DNA of 64,000 nucleotides, taken from assembly GCA_036268855.1 (NCBI GenBank), contig DATATJ010000197.1, positions 2,315 through 66,314 on the forward strand, read 5' to 3'. The translations under genes were made by a program, and so were the position numbers. Shown one piece after another: positions 19,474 to 27,995 of the stretch. The stretch is from Vicinamibacterales bacterium. GTDB lineage: Bacteria > Acidobacteriota > Vicinamibacteria > Vicinamibacterales > CAVVIG01. The notes beneath the pieces are model-generated. The model had not been told where the DNA came from, did no database searches, and saw only the letters and a list, made by a program, of their open reading frames with translations. Every line of letters begins with the position of its first letter. Position 1 is the first letter of the stretch.

Positions 19474-21123
19474 TCAACGCTCTGGGATTGAGCGCCCCGT
19501 GGCCGGTTTCGGCCGCCCCGACGCGTTGGCCACATCCCAGCTCGCCTGGTGGACCAGACGCGCGATTTTTTCCAGCTTCGCGTACTCGATCTTCTCGGGG
19601 CGGTCATAGACCGTGTGGTAGTCAGGATGCAGCCCCGTGAAGAACTCGACCGCGGGCACGCCGTGCTGGAGAAACGGCCACTGATCGCTGCGGCGAACGA
19701 GGTTCGACGGGTTGTTGTCGTAGGTGGTCCTCAGATCGAGGCCGACCGTCTTGTTGGCCGACTCGATCGGCGCGCGCAGATCCGGCGCCCACCGGAAGCC
19801 GCCGATGTTCACGACGTTCCGGTTCGCTTCCGCGGTCTGGGGCTCGAGGCCGTTGAACCGGGCGCCGCCGCCCATCGGCACTGCTTCGCTGCGCCCGATC
19901 ATGTCCATGTTCAGCACGCCCGCTACGGAGGCGAGCGGCGCGAGCGGCTGTTCCGTATACGCCCATGCGCCCAGCAGGCCGCGCTCCTCAGAATCCCATG
20001 CCGCGAACAGCACGCTCCGCTTCGGACGATGGCCCTGGCGCGCGGCCGCGGCGTAGGCGTCGGCAATCGCCAGCAGCGCGACCGTTCCCGATCCGTTGTC
20101 GTCGGCGCCGTTGAAGATCTGGCTGCCATCAGCGCCGTTGTGATCGTAGTGCGCCGACACGATCACCCATTCGTTCTTCAGCCGCGGGTCGCTCCCCTCG
20201 ACGAGCGCGACGACGTTGCGATCGGGCACCGTATGGCGATCGACCGCGGTGTACAGGTGCACGCGGAAGCCGGGCAGGGCGAGCGGCGCGATGCCGTGCG
20301 GCGATTCGGCCGTCTTCGACAGCGTTTCGAACGGCTTGCCCGCCCCGCGGACCAGCGTCGCCGCAAGCGCGGGCGAAATCTGCGCCACCGGGATGCGAAT
20401 CTGATCGGCCCATGCAGCGAGCGTATAGCTGGGGATCCGCGGCGGTGCCTCCGGCCAATAGGCGCGGGCCGACGCCTCGAAGTTGGGCGTACCCGGATGA
20501 TTGTGCACGTCGCTGACGAACAGCACGCCGACGGCGCCCTTCGCCTGGGCGGCGAGCGCCTTGCGCCATGCGGTCGACGGCTCGGCGGTGATCAGTCCTT
20601 CGAATGGGCTGTTGGGATCGCGTTCGCCGGGCTCGTGGTCGAGCGCCAGCACGATCTTGCCCGTCACGTCGCCGGCATAGTCGTCGTACTGGAGATAGGG
20701 CGCGCTGATGCCGAACCCGACGAACGCGAGCGGCGCCGTGACGTCGCCGCTGGCGCTGAACCGGTGCGGATAGAATTCCTGGCCCGCACGGAGATGCCGG
20801 GTGCCGGCGTCGTCGGATGCGACATCCATCGCATTGTCGTCGCCGAGAGCAGCCACCATCAGATTGAACGTCTGAAAGAACGAGTGGTCCGGACCCGCTG
20901 GAACGAGACCCGCCCGCTCGAACCGCGACCGGATGTAGTCGGCGGCGGCGCGATTCTCGTCCGTGTTGGTGAGCCGTCCGCGCATCGCGTCGCCGGCAAG
21001 AAAGAAGAGGTCGGCGCGCAGGTCCGCCTGGCGGATCGAGTCGTTCTGCGGCGCCGCCTGCTGCGCCGTCAGGGGTGCGATCGCCATCATCGCGATCACC
21101 GCCGCGCACACGCGTCTCAACAT
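19474..21123 (-). CDS. M28 family peptidase with PA domain, secreted
   Basis: Signal peptide MLRRVCAAVIAMMAIAPLTAQ. SAHYDHNG, GADDNGSGTVALLAIA and FAAWDSEERGLLGA. Confidence 0.85.
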   Translation of the reverse strand: MLRRVCAAVIAMMAIAPLTAQQAAPQNDSIRQADLRADLFFLAGDAMRGRLTNTDENRAAADYIRSRFERAGLVPAGPDHSFFQTFNLMVAALGDDNAMDVASDDAGTRHLRAGQEFYPHRFSASGDVTAPLAFVGFGISAPYLQYDDYAGDVTGKIVLALDHEPGERDPNSPFEGLITAEPSTAWRKALAAQAKGAVGVLFVSDVHNHPGTPNFEASARAYWPEAPPRIPSYTLAAWADQIRIPVAQISPALAATLVRGAGKPFETLSKTAESPHGIAPLALPGFRVHLYTAVDRHTVPDRNVVALVEGSDPRLKNEWVIVSAHYDHNGADGSQIFNGADDNGSGTVALLAIADAYAAAARQGHRPKRSVLFAAWDSEERGLLGAWAYTEQPLAPLASVAGVLNMDMIGRSEAVPMGGGARFNGLEPQTAEANRNVVNIGGFRWAPDLRAPIESANKTVGLDLRTTYDNNPSNLVRRSDQWPFLQHGVPAVEFFTGLHPDYHTVYDRPEKIEYAKLEKIARLVHQASWDVANASGRPKPATGRSIPER

Positions 21124-21249
21124 ACGTTTCTCCGTGGCGCCTGCGTCCAGCCTCTCAGCGGACCCGCGCTCGTCCTGCGTTGTCCGTGCATTCTGCCATC
21201 AAGCGCGCAGGGGCGCACGATGCTGCGCCGGACCGTAGGCGTGTCGGGT

Positions 21250-21666
21250 TCAGACGCCGAACGTGTTTCTCACGCGCTTCGACCAAACCAGGTACGCGAG
21301 CCAGACCGCGTAGTAGGCGAGCGCGACGGCGACGTAGTAGGGCGTCTCTCCCGGCATGCGGTTGCTGGGGAAATACGGTGTGAGGTACACGAATGTATCC
21401 GTCGCCGCCGACGCCAGGAGCGACGCCTTCGCCAGCGCCGGCGCCCCCGGGCGGCGCCCGAGGAGCGCCAGACCTGCGGCTATGCCCAACGCGGTGACGA
21501 CGACGCGCAACAACAGGACGAGCGCGAGGGGCAGGCCGCGCAGCGCCAGGTCGTCCAGCACGCTCGACGCGACCAGGCCCAGGCTGATCGGCTGCCAGGC
21601 AATCAGCAGCACGCATAAGACGATGAGCCAGCCGCCAACGCCGACGGGACCGTTGACCTGCTTCAT
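21250..21666 (-). CDS. DUF2569-like integral membrane protein
   Basis: GVGGWLIVLCVLLIAWQPI plus three further hydrophobic helices. Family call is from memory. Confidence 0.6.
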   Translation of the reverse strand: MKQVNGPVGVGGWLIVLCVLLIAWQPISLGLVASSVLDDLALRGLPLALVLLLRVVVTALGIAAGLALLGRRPGAPALAKASLLASAATDTFVYLTPYFPSNRMPGETPYYVAVALAYYAVWLAYLVWSKRVRNTFGV

Positions 21667-21709
21667 TTGGCGAGACTAGGATGCCATCATCGGAAGGAGT
21701 CCGGCTGCC

Positions 21710-22663
21710 ATGATGTCACGCCACGTGTTCGTCCTTGCCCTCGCCGCTGTCTTTGCCGCTGCCTGCGGCAGCCCGCGCCAGGAGGCGCCGCCAAAGGAGG
21801 CGGGCGTCGATTCCGCGGCCGTCAAGGAAACCGAGCAGTTCCGCACCAAGCACGAGATCGACTATCGGAAGGAGTACGTCTCGCTCGCCGGCCTGTTCTT
21901 CCTAAACCCCGGCGCGAACAAGACGGGAAGCGCGGCCGGCGATACCGTCCTCCTCCCATCGCGCGCGCCCGCGTCGGTCGGCACCTTCGTGCTGAAGGGC
22001 ACGGACGTCCGCTTCGAGCCGGCAGCCGGCGCCACCATCACGCTGAAAGGGGAGCCGGTCACCGCTGCGATCGACGTGAAGAGCGACGAGCACCTGAACA
22101 GCGAAGGCAAGAAGGACGGCCCCGACGAAATCACGGTGGACGGCATCGCGCTGTGGGTGCATCCGAGCGGCGAGCGCCTCGCGATTCGCATGCGCGACGA
22201 GCAAGGCGAGGTCGCGCGCGCCTTCGAGGGCTTTCACTGGTTTCCCATCCAGGCGAACTACCGCGTCGTCGGTAAGTTCATCAAGGATCCGGTGGCCAGC
22301 GAGTTCCACACCGTCAACCAGCTGAACGACGACGTCGTGTACAAGACCGAAGGGGTCGTCGAGTTCACGCTGAACGGCGAGACCGTGCGGCTGCGGCCGG
22401 CGACGACGCGGCCGGGCCGCCTCTATTTCATCTTTCGCGACGGCACGAGCGGCAAGGAGACCTACGACACGGCGCGCTTTCTCTACTCGGACCTGCGGGA
22501 CGACGGCACGACCGTGCTGGATTTCAATCAGGCGTACAACCCGCCTTGCTCGTTCAATCCGTTCACGACGTGTCCGCTGCCCATCCCGGAGAACCGTCTG
22601 AAGGTTCGCATTCTCGCCGGCGAGCAGGCGTACCCGCACCCGCCGAATCACACGAAGTCGTAG
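21710..22663 (+). CDS. DUF1684 domain-containing lipoprotein
   Basis: MMSRHVFVLALAAVFAAACG is a lipobox. C-terminal LYFIFRDGTSGKETY..ARFLY..NQAYNPPCSFNPFTTCPLP is the DUF1684 signature. Confidence 0.85.
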   Translation: MMSRHVFVLALAAVFAAACGSPRQEAPPKEAGVDSAAVKETEQFRTKHEIDYRKEYVSLAGLFFLNPGANKTGSAAGDTVLLPSRAPASVGTFVLKGTDVRFEPAAGATITLKGEPVTAAIDVKSDEHLNSEGKKDGPDEITVDGIALWVHPSGERLAIRMRDEQGEVARAFEGFHWFPIQANYRVVGKFIKDPVASEFHTVNQLNDDVVYKTEGVVEFTLNGETVRLRPATTRPGRLYFIFRDGTSGKETYDTARFLYSDLRDDGTTVLDFNQAYNPPCSFNPFTTCPLPIPENRLKVRILAGEQAYPHPPNHTKS

Positions 22664-23130
22664 TGACGTTGTTTCTCGTCCATCACGGGGACGCCGTGAT
22701 GCCGGACGTCGACACGCGGCGTCCGCTCTCGCTGCGCGGACGCGAGGAGGTGACGCAGGTGGCGGCGCGGGCCGCCGCCATCGGCGCGAGGCCCGACGTC
22801 GTCTGGCACAGCGGCAAGCTGCGGGCGCGCCAGACCGCGGAGGAATTCTGGCGTGCGTGCAACGCCCTCGCCGAGCTGTCGGCGACGCGCGATCTGCAGC
22901 CCGCCGACCCGCCGGTCTGGATCCGCGACCGCCTGCGCGGCGAATCGCGCAACGTGATGATCGTCGGCCACTATCCGCATCTGCCCGATCTCCTCGCGCT
23001 GCTGACAGCCGCGCCGCCCGACGCCCATCCGCCGTTTCCCCAGCACGGCGTCGTCGCGCTGGAGTCGCTGGACGAGGGCGAGACGTGGAAGGAGATTTGG
23101 CGGGTGGAGCGGAGGGGAAGTGGGAAGTGA
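22663..23130 (+). CDS. SixA-like phosphohistidine phosphatase (histidine phosphatase superfamily)
   Basis: GTG at 22663 overlaps the DUF1684 stop by 1 nt. VTLFLVHHGDAV..RPLS..G..E..HSGKLRARQTAEE..VMIVGHYPHLPDL is collinear with SixA, but the RHG signature reads HHG. Confidence 0.7.
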   Translation: MTLFLVHHGDAVMPDVDTRRPLSLRGREEVTQVAARAAAIGARPDVVWHSGKLRARQTAEEFWRACNALAELSATRDLQPADPPVWIRDRLRGESRNVMIVGHYPHLPDLLALLTAAPPDAHPPFPQHGVVALESLDEGETWKEIWRVERRGSGK

Positions 23131-23158
23131 GAAGTTGGAAGGCAGAAGTTAGAAGTGA
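23117..23158. repeat. heptanucleotide purine-rich array (gaagtgg gaagtga gaagttg gaaggca gaagtta gaagtga)
   Basis: Read directly. The array begins in the last codons of the sixA-like CDS (stop 23128-23130) and extends into the convergent spacer. Confidence 0.9.
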
Positions 23159-23181
23159 AGGACGAAGTTCCTTCTGCCTTC
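23138..23181. terminator. candidate bidirectional terminator hairpin between convergent genes
   Basis: gaaggcagaag (23138-23148) is the exact reverse complement of cttctgccttc (23171-23181). That gives an 11-bp stem and a 22-nt loop. There is no clear U-tract. Confidence 0.4.
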
Positions 23182-23198
23182 TGCCTTGTAACTTGCGA

Positions 23199-23780
23199 TT
23201 ATCTAAAGACCAGCCCTATCGAGGCGCGCCAGAGGTGCAGCTGGCCGTTGTCTACGCCGAAATTGTTGACGCCGGTGTTCAAGTCCTTGAAGCCGCGCAG
23301 GTATCGGATGTCTCCCCGCAGGCCGAAGTGTTCCGCGAAGTACCCCATGACGCCGGCGCCGAGATTCCAGCCGAACATGTTGTTCGACGAGGACACCTGT
23401 GCGATCGTGCCGCCGTCAATCTGCGTGCGGAGCAGGCCGACGCCGCCTGTGACGAACGGACGCACGCCCGGTCCGTGCGTGCCGCCGATCGGGACGCCGA
23501 CGATCACGTTGCCCATCACGTCGATCACCGTGTTGTGACCGAAGTCGTTCTGCGTGCCGAAGAAGCTGGGGCTGTACCCGAAGTCCACTTCGCCGCCGAT
23601 GATGCCCGCGCCCATGCCGCCGGCGTCGACGCCGAACATGCCGCGGCTGTTGCTGGCGTTGGTCCCGAATGCGATGCCGGCCCACGGGCTCACGTAGCCC
23701 TCCGCCCGCGCTTGCGACGGCGCGGCGACGCCCGCCACGACCGCCGTCAGAATCAGCGCCTTGAGAACTCGTCTGGTCAC
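23199..23780 (-). CDS. outer-membrane beta-barrel protein (OMP_b-brl / OmpW-like small porin)
   Basis: GTG at 23780 with AAGGAGAG 7-8 nt upstream gives VTRRVLKALILTAVVAGVAAPSQARA, a signal peptide. Alternating aromatic/Gly beta-strand pattern ending ..WRASIGLVFR. Confidence 0.75.
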   Translation of the reverse strand: MTRRVLKALILTAVVAGVAAPSQARAEGYVSPWAGIAFGTNASNSRGMFGVDAGGMGAGIIGGEVDFGYSPSFFGTQNDFGHNTVIDVMGNVIVGVPIGGTHGPGVRPFVTGGVGLLRTQIDGGTIAQVSSSNNMFGWNLGAGVMGYFAEHFGLRGDIRYLRGFKDLNTGVNNFGVDNGQLHLWRASIGLVFR

Positions 23781-23885
23781 ACATCTCTCCTTGATGAGCC
23801 GGACAACCGTCCGTCCGGCAGACATCTGGCGTGTGTGCAAGCGATATGCCCTGACAGATGGGAAAACGCTGAGCGCGGTCGATCG

Positions 23886-25340
23886 TCAGACGGCTGAGCG
23901 CGCGTCGCTCGAGCTGTCGGTGCGCGGCGCGTGCGCGACGACGAGATCCCACGCGCGGCGCACATGGCTCTCGGTAGTGTGCAGGTGGCCGATCGCGATC
24001 CGCAGAGCGAGCGCGCCTCTCAGACGCGTGTGCGAGAGGAACACCTCGCCCGTCTGATTCACGTCATCGATGATCCGCTCGTTGGCCGCGTCGATCCCGG
24101 AAGCGGACAGCGTGCGTGTCGCCGGCTTCCACCGGAAGCACACCACGCTGAACGGCACCGGCGCCAGGCGCTCGAAATCCGGATGCGCGTCGACCCATGC
24201 CGCAAGCTGCTGCGCGAGTGCGATGTGCGCGCTGAGGCGCGCCCGCAGCTCGCGCGCGCCGAACGATCGCAGAATCATCCACAACTTCAGCGAACGGAAA
24301 CGGCGCCCCAATTGGACGCCGGTGTCCATCAGGTTCTTGACGGTCGCCGGCTCGGACGTGCGGAGGTACTCGGGCGTGAGGGCGAACGCGGCGCGGACCA
24401 CGTCCATCCGGCGCGTGTAGAACGCGCTGAGGTCGAACGGGGTGAACAGCCACTTGTGCGGGTTGACGACGAGCGAGTCGGCGCGCTCCGCGCCGTGGAG
24501 CACATGTGCGTGCGACGGCAGCATCGCGGCGACGCCGCCGTACGCGGCATCGACGTGCATCCAGAGGCGCTCGCGCTCGCAGATGTCGGCCACCTCGGCT
24601 ACCGGATCGATACTCGTCGTGGACGTCGTGCCCACCGTCGGCACCACCGCGATAGGCAGGATGCCGTTGGCGCGGTCCTCGGCAATCGCGGCGCGCAGCG
24701 CGTCGATGCGCATGCTGAACCGATCGTCGGTGGGAATCCTGCGGAGCGACTCGTGCCCGAGGCCGATGGCGATCACCGCTTTGTCGATCGAGGAGTGCGT
24801 TTGATCGGAGCAGTAGACGCGCATCCGCGGCACCTCCGGCCGCCCGGCCAGCCCTTTTTGCCGCACATCGGCGATCGCCGTCTCGCGCGCCGCGACCATC
24901 GCCGTCATCGTCGCAATCGACGCCGTGTCGTAGATGACGCCTTCGAATGTGTCGGGAAGGCCGATCAGCTGACGGAGCCAGCCGAGCGTCACCTGTTCGA
25001 GCTCGGTCGCGGCGGGAGACGTCCGCCACAGCATCGCCTGCTGATTGAGCGCGGCGGAGAGAAAATCCGCGAGCACGCCGGGCGCGCTGCCGGTGATGGC
25101 GAAATAGGCGAAGAATCCCGGATGGTTCCAGTGTGTCAGGCCAGGCACGAGCACGCGCTCGAAGTCGGCCATGATCGACTCGAACGGCTCGCCCTCCTCG
25201 GGCGCGCGCGACGGCAGAGCGGCGGCAATCTCGCCAGGCTTCACTCGCGCGAGGACGGGATATTTTTCCGGATGCGCGAGGTACTCGGCAATCCAGTCCA
25301 CGAGCGCGTGACCGTTCTGGCGGAACGCTTCGGAGTCCAT
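23886..25340 (-). CDS. pyridoxal-dependent (group II) aromatic-L-amino-acid decarboxylase-like
   Basis: HWNHPGFFAYFAITGS.PGVLADFL and ..VNPHKWLFTPFDLSAFY (PLP lysine in NPHKW). Confidence 0.9.
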   Translation of the reverse strand: MDSEAFRQNGHALVDWIAEYLAHPEKYPVLARVKPGEIAAALPSRAPEEGEPFESIMADFERVLVPGLTHWNHPGFFAYFAITGSAPGVLADFLSAALNQQAMLWRTSPAATELEQVTLGWLRQLIGLPDTFEGVIYDTASIATMTAMVAARETAIADVRQKGLAGRPEVPRMRVYCSDQTHSSIDKAVIAIGLGHESLRRIPTDDRFSMRIDALRAAIAEDRANGILPIAVVPTVGTTSTTSIDPVAEVADICERERLWMHVDAAYGGVAAMLPSHAHVLHGAERADSLVVNPHKWLFTPFDLSAFYTRRMDVVRAAFALTPEYLRTSEPATVKNLMDTGVQLGRRFRSLKLWMILRSFGARELRARLSAHIALAQQLAAWVDAHPDFERLAPVPFSVVCFRWKPATRTLSASGIDAANERIIDDVNQTGEVFLSHTRLRGALALRIAIGHLHTTESHVRRAWDLVVAHAPRTDSSSDARSAV

Positions 25341-25352
25341 GCGAGCCGGTGC

Positions 25353-25886
25353 TCAGTGCTTGTGCGCCTGGATGTAGTCGAGGGCGAACTGCTTCATCTG
25401 CGGGCTCGCGAGGCCGAGCGCCTCGGCTTCTGCCTGCGCCCGGGGCACGTCCCAGTTGTCCACGAGCGCGCGCTTGATCATCCAGAATCCGGCCGCGCGG
25501 TTGCCGCCGGAGCAGTGGATGAACGCAGGCGTGTTCGTCGGCTTGCTGATTTCGCGGACGAACGTGTCCACCGAGTCGTTGTCCGGATGCGCGGGCGTGA
25601 ACGGTACGTGGACGAACGTGAGGCCGGCCGCCTGGGCCGCCGCGGCTTCGCCGCTCACGTCAGCGCCTTTTTCGTCGGGGAGTTGAAGGTCGAAGATCGA
25701 CTTGAAGCCGCGCGTCTGCAGCTCGGCGATCGCTGCGGACGTGATGACGCCGCCGCACGCGACCGTCGTCTCGAGCTGCGCAAAGTTCGTGACGCCGGGG
25801 ACCGCTTCCTTCGTGACGTAGCCTTGCGGCCCCGCGGCGCCGATGACGGCCGAGAAGGCAAGTGCCGTGAGTGTCAGGTGCATCAT
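25353..25886 (-). CDS. DUF442/tyrosine-phosphatase-like protein (CX5R), probably exported
   Basis: The N-terminus MMHLTLTALAFSAVIGAAG looks like a signal peptide. IHCSGGNRAAG is an HCX5R P-loop. Confidence 0.65.
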   Translation of the reverse strand: MMHLTLTALAFSAVIGAAGPQGYVTKEAVPGVTNFAQLETTVACGGVITSAAIAELQTRGFKSIFDLQLPDEKGADVSGEAAAAQAAGLTFVHVPFTPAHPDNDSVDTFVREISKPTNTPAFIHCSGGNRAAGFWMIKRALVDNWDVPRAQAEAEALGLASPQMKQFALDYIQAHKH

Positions 25887-25939
25887 TCAGCTCCTTTCGG
25901 CAGAAGGCTTCATGATACCTGCACCGCTCGCCGCGCGTG

Positions 25940-26983
25940 CTATTTGTCGCGCGTGATCGTGACCGCCGAGAGCATACGGACCGTCATCGTCGCGCCCGCG
26001 GGCAGCACGGCGGCATTGCGATCACCTGCCATCACGGCGGCCGAGCCGGCGCCCGCGCCGGCCATGCCGCCGACCACCGCCCCTTTGCCGCCGCCGAGGA
26101 TGGCGCCCAGGATGGCGCCCCCGATGGCGCCGCCTCCGACCTTTGGCGCGCTCGACGGCGGATCGCCCTCGCGATAGATCGTTTCCGTGGTAATCGGCAG
26201 CCGGCTGCCGTCGGCGAGCACGAGCGTGTTGAAGCGGATGCCGAGCCGCGCCCGTTCCTTGAATTTGCCGCCGCGTTCCACGACCGTCACAGTGCCGACG
26301 ACGCGAGAGCCTGCGGGAATCGCGATGCGATTGTTCACGCGCACATCGCGCGTCACGCGGCCGTTGACGCGGTCTTCGACGCGCGCCCGCTCGCTCGAGA
26401 TCGACGTGTCGGTCTGCAGCCCGATCACCGAGTCCGCGGGCACGACGAGCTCTTCGAATTGCGGCGGGTCCGCAATCCGGGCGGGATCCTGGCCTGCGTG
26501 ATCATCGGTGTCCGGTGCGGTCGCGTCAGCCGGTGGCGTTCCCGCCATCACGGGCAGTGGAGCAGCCGGCGCGATTGGCGTCTGGGCTGCAGCCTCGCTG
26601 GGCCACGGACGCTGCGACAGCGGCGCCTCGCGACGTGCGACCTGTCCGGTCGGTACGCGCGAACGGCTCGCGCGCGGTTCGGGAGCCTGGGCAGCGGGCT
26701 TTTCGGGCGAGGTCTTCGGCGCGGCCGTTACCTGTTTGTCCGTCGCGTCGGTGCTGGCGGCGGCGGCTGGTGGCTGAGCGAGCTGGCTGGGCGCGACGGC
26801 CGCGGCAGGCGCATTCGAGGATGGAGGCGCGTTCGCGGGTGTTGGTGCGTTCGCAGGCGGGGTGACCGCGGCTGACGCCGGAACGGGTACCGCGTTCTGG
26901 CGCGTGGCGAAATATCCGCCGCCTGCAGCCGCCGCGATGCACGCGACAGCGAGGGCCCCAACGGCCAGTCGATTCGAAAGCAT
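25940..26983 (-). CDS. hypothetical membrane-anchored protein with Pro/Ala-rich linker and C-terminal glycine-zipper
   Basis: MLSNRLAVGALAVACIAAAAGGGYF is an anchor. The linker is PPANAPTPANAPPSSNAP. The C-terminus is GGGAIGGAILGAILGGGKGAVVGGMAGAGAGSAAV. Start taken at the internal ATG (CAT 26981-26983). Confidence 0.55.
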   Translation of the reverse strand: MLSNRLAVGALAVACIAAAAGGGYFATRQNAVPVPASAAVTPPANAPTPANAPPSSNAPAAAVAPSQLAQPPAAAASTDATDKQVTAAPKTSPEKPAAQAPEPRASRSRVPTGQVARREAPLSQRPWPSEAAAQTPIAPAAPLPVMAGTPPADATAPDTDDHAGQDPARIADPPQFEELVVPADSVIGLQTDTSISSERARVEDRVNGRVTRDVRVNNRIAIPAGSRVVGTVTVVERGGKFKERARLGIRFNTLVLADGSRLPITTETIYREGDPPSSAPKVGGGAIGGAILGAILGGGKGAVVGGMAGAGAGSAAVMAGDRNAAVLPAGATMTVRMLSAVTITRDK

Positions 26984-27206
26984 GTCGATCTCCTGTGAAC
27001 TCAGGCGCCTCCAACGCAAGCGCCGTACCTGGCCCCCCTCGTACCAGGGCCGTATAACCCGTTTGAAACCGGGAGTTTATCAAATCCTGTTGCGCTCGAA
27101 ATGTCCCTTCCACGTGAATGTGTCCTGGGGCGAGCACACCTGAGGGCAGAGGAACCTGTTAATTTTTCGTAACGGCGCTGGCGAGCCGGTTGCATATCGT
27201 CAAGAC

Positions 27207-27749
27207 ATGAGGACCCGCTGCATATTCCTCGGTATGCTGTGTCTCCTGATGCTGTTGCCAGCGACGGCTCGAGCAGTCACGATCGACCAAATCGTCTCGA
27301 TGTCGAAGGCCGGCGTTTCTGACGCGGTGATCGTCGCCATGATCGACCACGACAGGAGTGTCTTCACGCTCGACCCGGCTCAGCTCGTGGAACTGCAGCA
27401 GGCCGGCGTCAGCGACGCCGTGACGGTCGCGATGATCAGGACCGATGCGCGCGACGAGCAGACGAGCATCCCGCCGCCGGAGCCCACGCCGGCGGTCGCG
27501 CCCGAGCAGTCCGCAGTTGTCGCGTACGCGGTTCCTTACGTCGTCGTGCCGGGACGCGCACGCAGCCGGCGTGTTGCAGCCACAACATCAGTGGTCGCTC
27601 CCGCAGTAACCGTGGTCGCTCCCGCAGTGCAGGCGGCCACATCGGCGCGCGGCATGTTTTTCACGCAGCCGGCAACCGGCATGTTCTTTCAACCGCCGGC
27701 CGCCGCCGTGAACTGTCCTACACCGCCCCCGTCACCGCATCGCCGCTGA
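27207..27749 (+). CDS. hypothetical secreted protein with duplicated AGVSDAV(I/T)VAMI motif
   Basis: Signal peptide MRTRCIFLGMLCLLMLLPATARA. Two internal repeats, plus a 21-bp in-frame tandem duplication at 27591-27632. Confidence 0.55.
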   Translation: MRTRCIFLGMLCLLMLLPATARAVTIDQIVSMSKAGVSDAVIVAMIDHDRSVFTLDPAQLVELQQAGVSDAVTVAMIRTDARDEQTSIPPPEPTPAVAPEQSAVVAYAVPYVVVPGRARSRRVAATTSVVAPAVTVVAPAVQAATSARGMFFTQPATGMFFQPPAAAVNCPTPPPSPHRR

Positions 27750-27835
27750 CGTCTGGGCGGCCCTCGGAAATCAACTCCACCGAGCCGCTCCAGCCCGCTC
27801 TTTTTGAACTTCCGGATCCACCCGACAGATCGAGC

Positions 27836-27901
27836 GCGCGAAGGCTTTAGACTAGCCGAGCGCTGCTCGCGCTCGGGTACACTCGGCTAAAGCCTTCGCG
27901 C
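27836..27901. other. 66-nt nested palindrome (15-bp perfect outer stem enclosing an 8-bp hairpin)
   Basis: gcgcgaaggctttag (27836-27850) pairs perfectly with ctaaagccttcgcgc (27887-27901). The inner hairpin is ccgagcgc-tgctc-gcgctcgg (27856-27876). Located 95 nt upstream of the thiO-like GTG. Confidence 0.85.
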
Positions 27902-27995
27902 TACCTTCGTCGTGGACAGCAGGCGGGAATGTCGACGCCGTGCTCGGCGTGGCTTGCGGCGAACACTTCGCCCGCCTTGGCGATAAGATCATGCC

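Noticed and set aside
27750-27995. A TPP riboswitch upstream of the ThiO-like gene.
   Set aside because: I could not find the conserved THI-box sequence elements by eye. Only a generic nested palindrome is present. This needs cmscan to be definitive.
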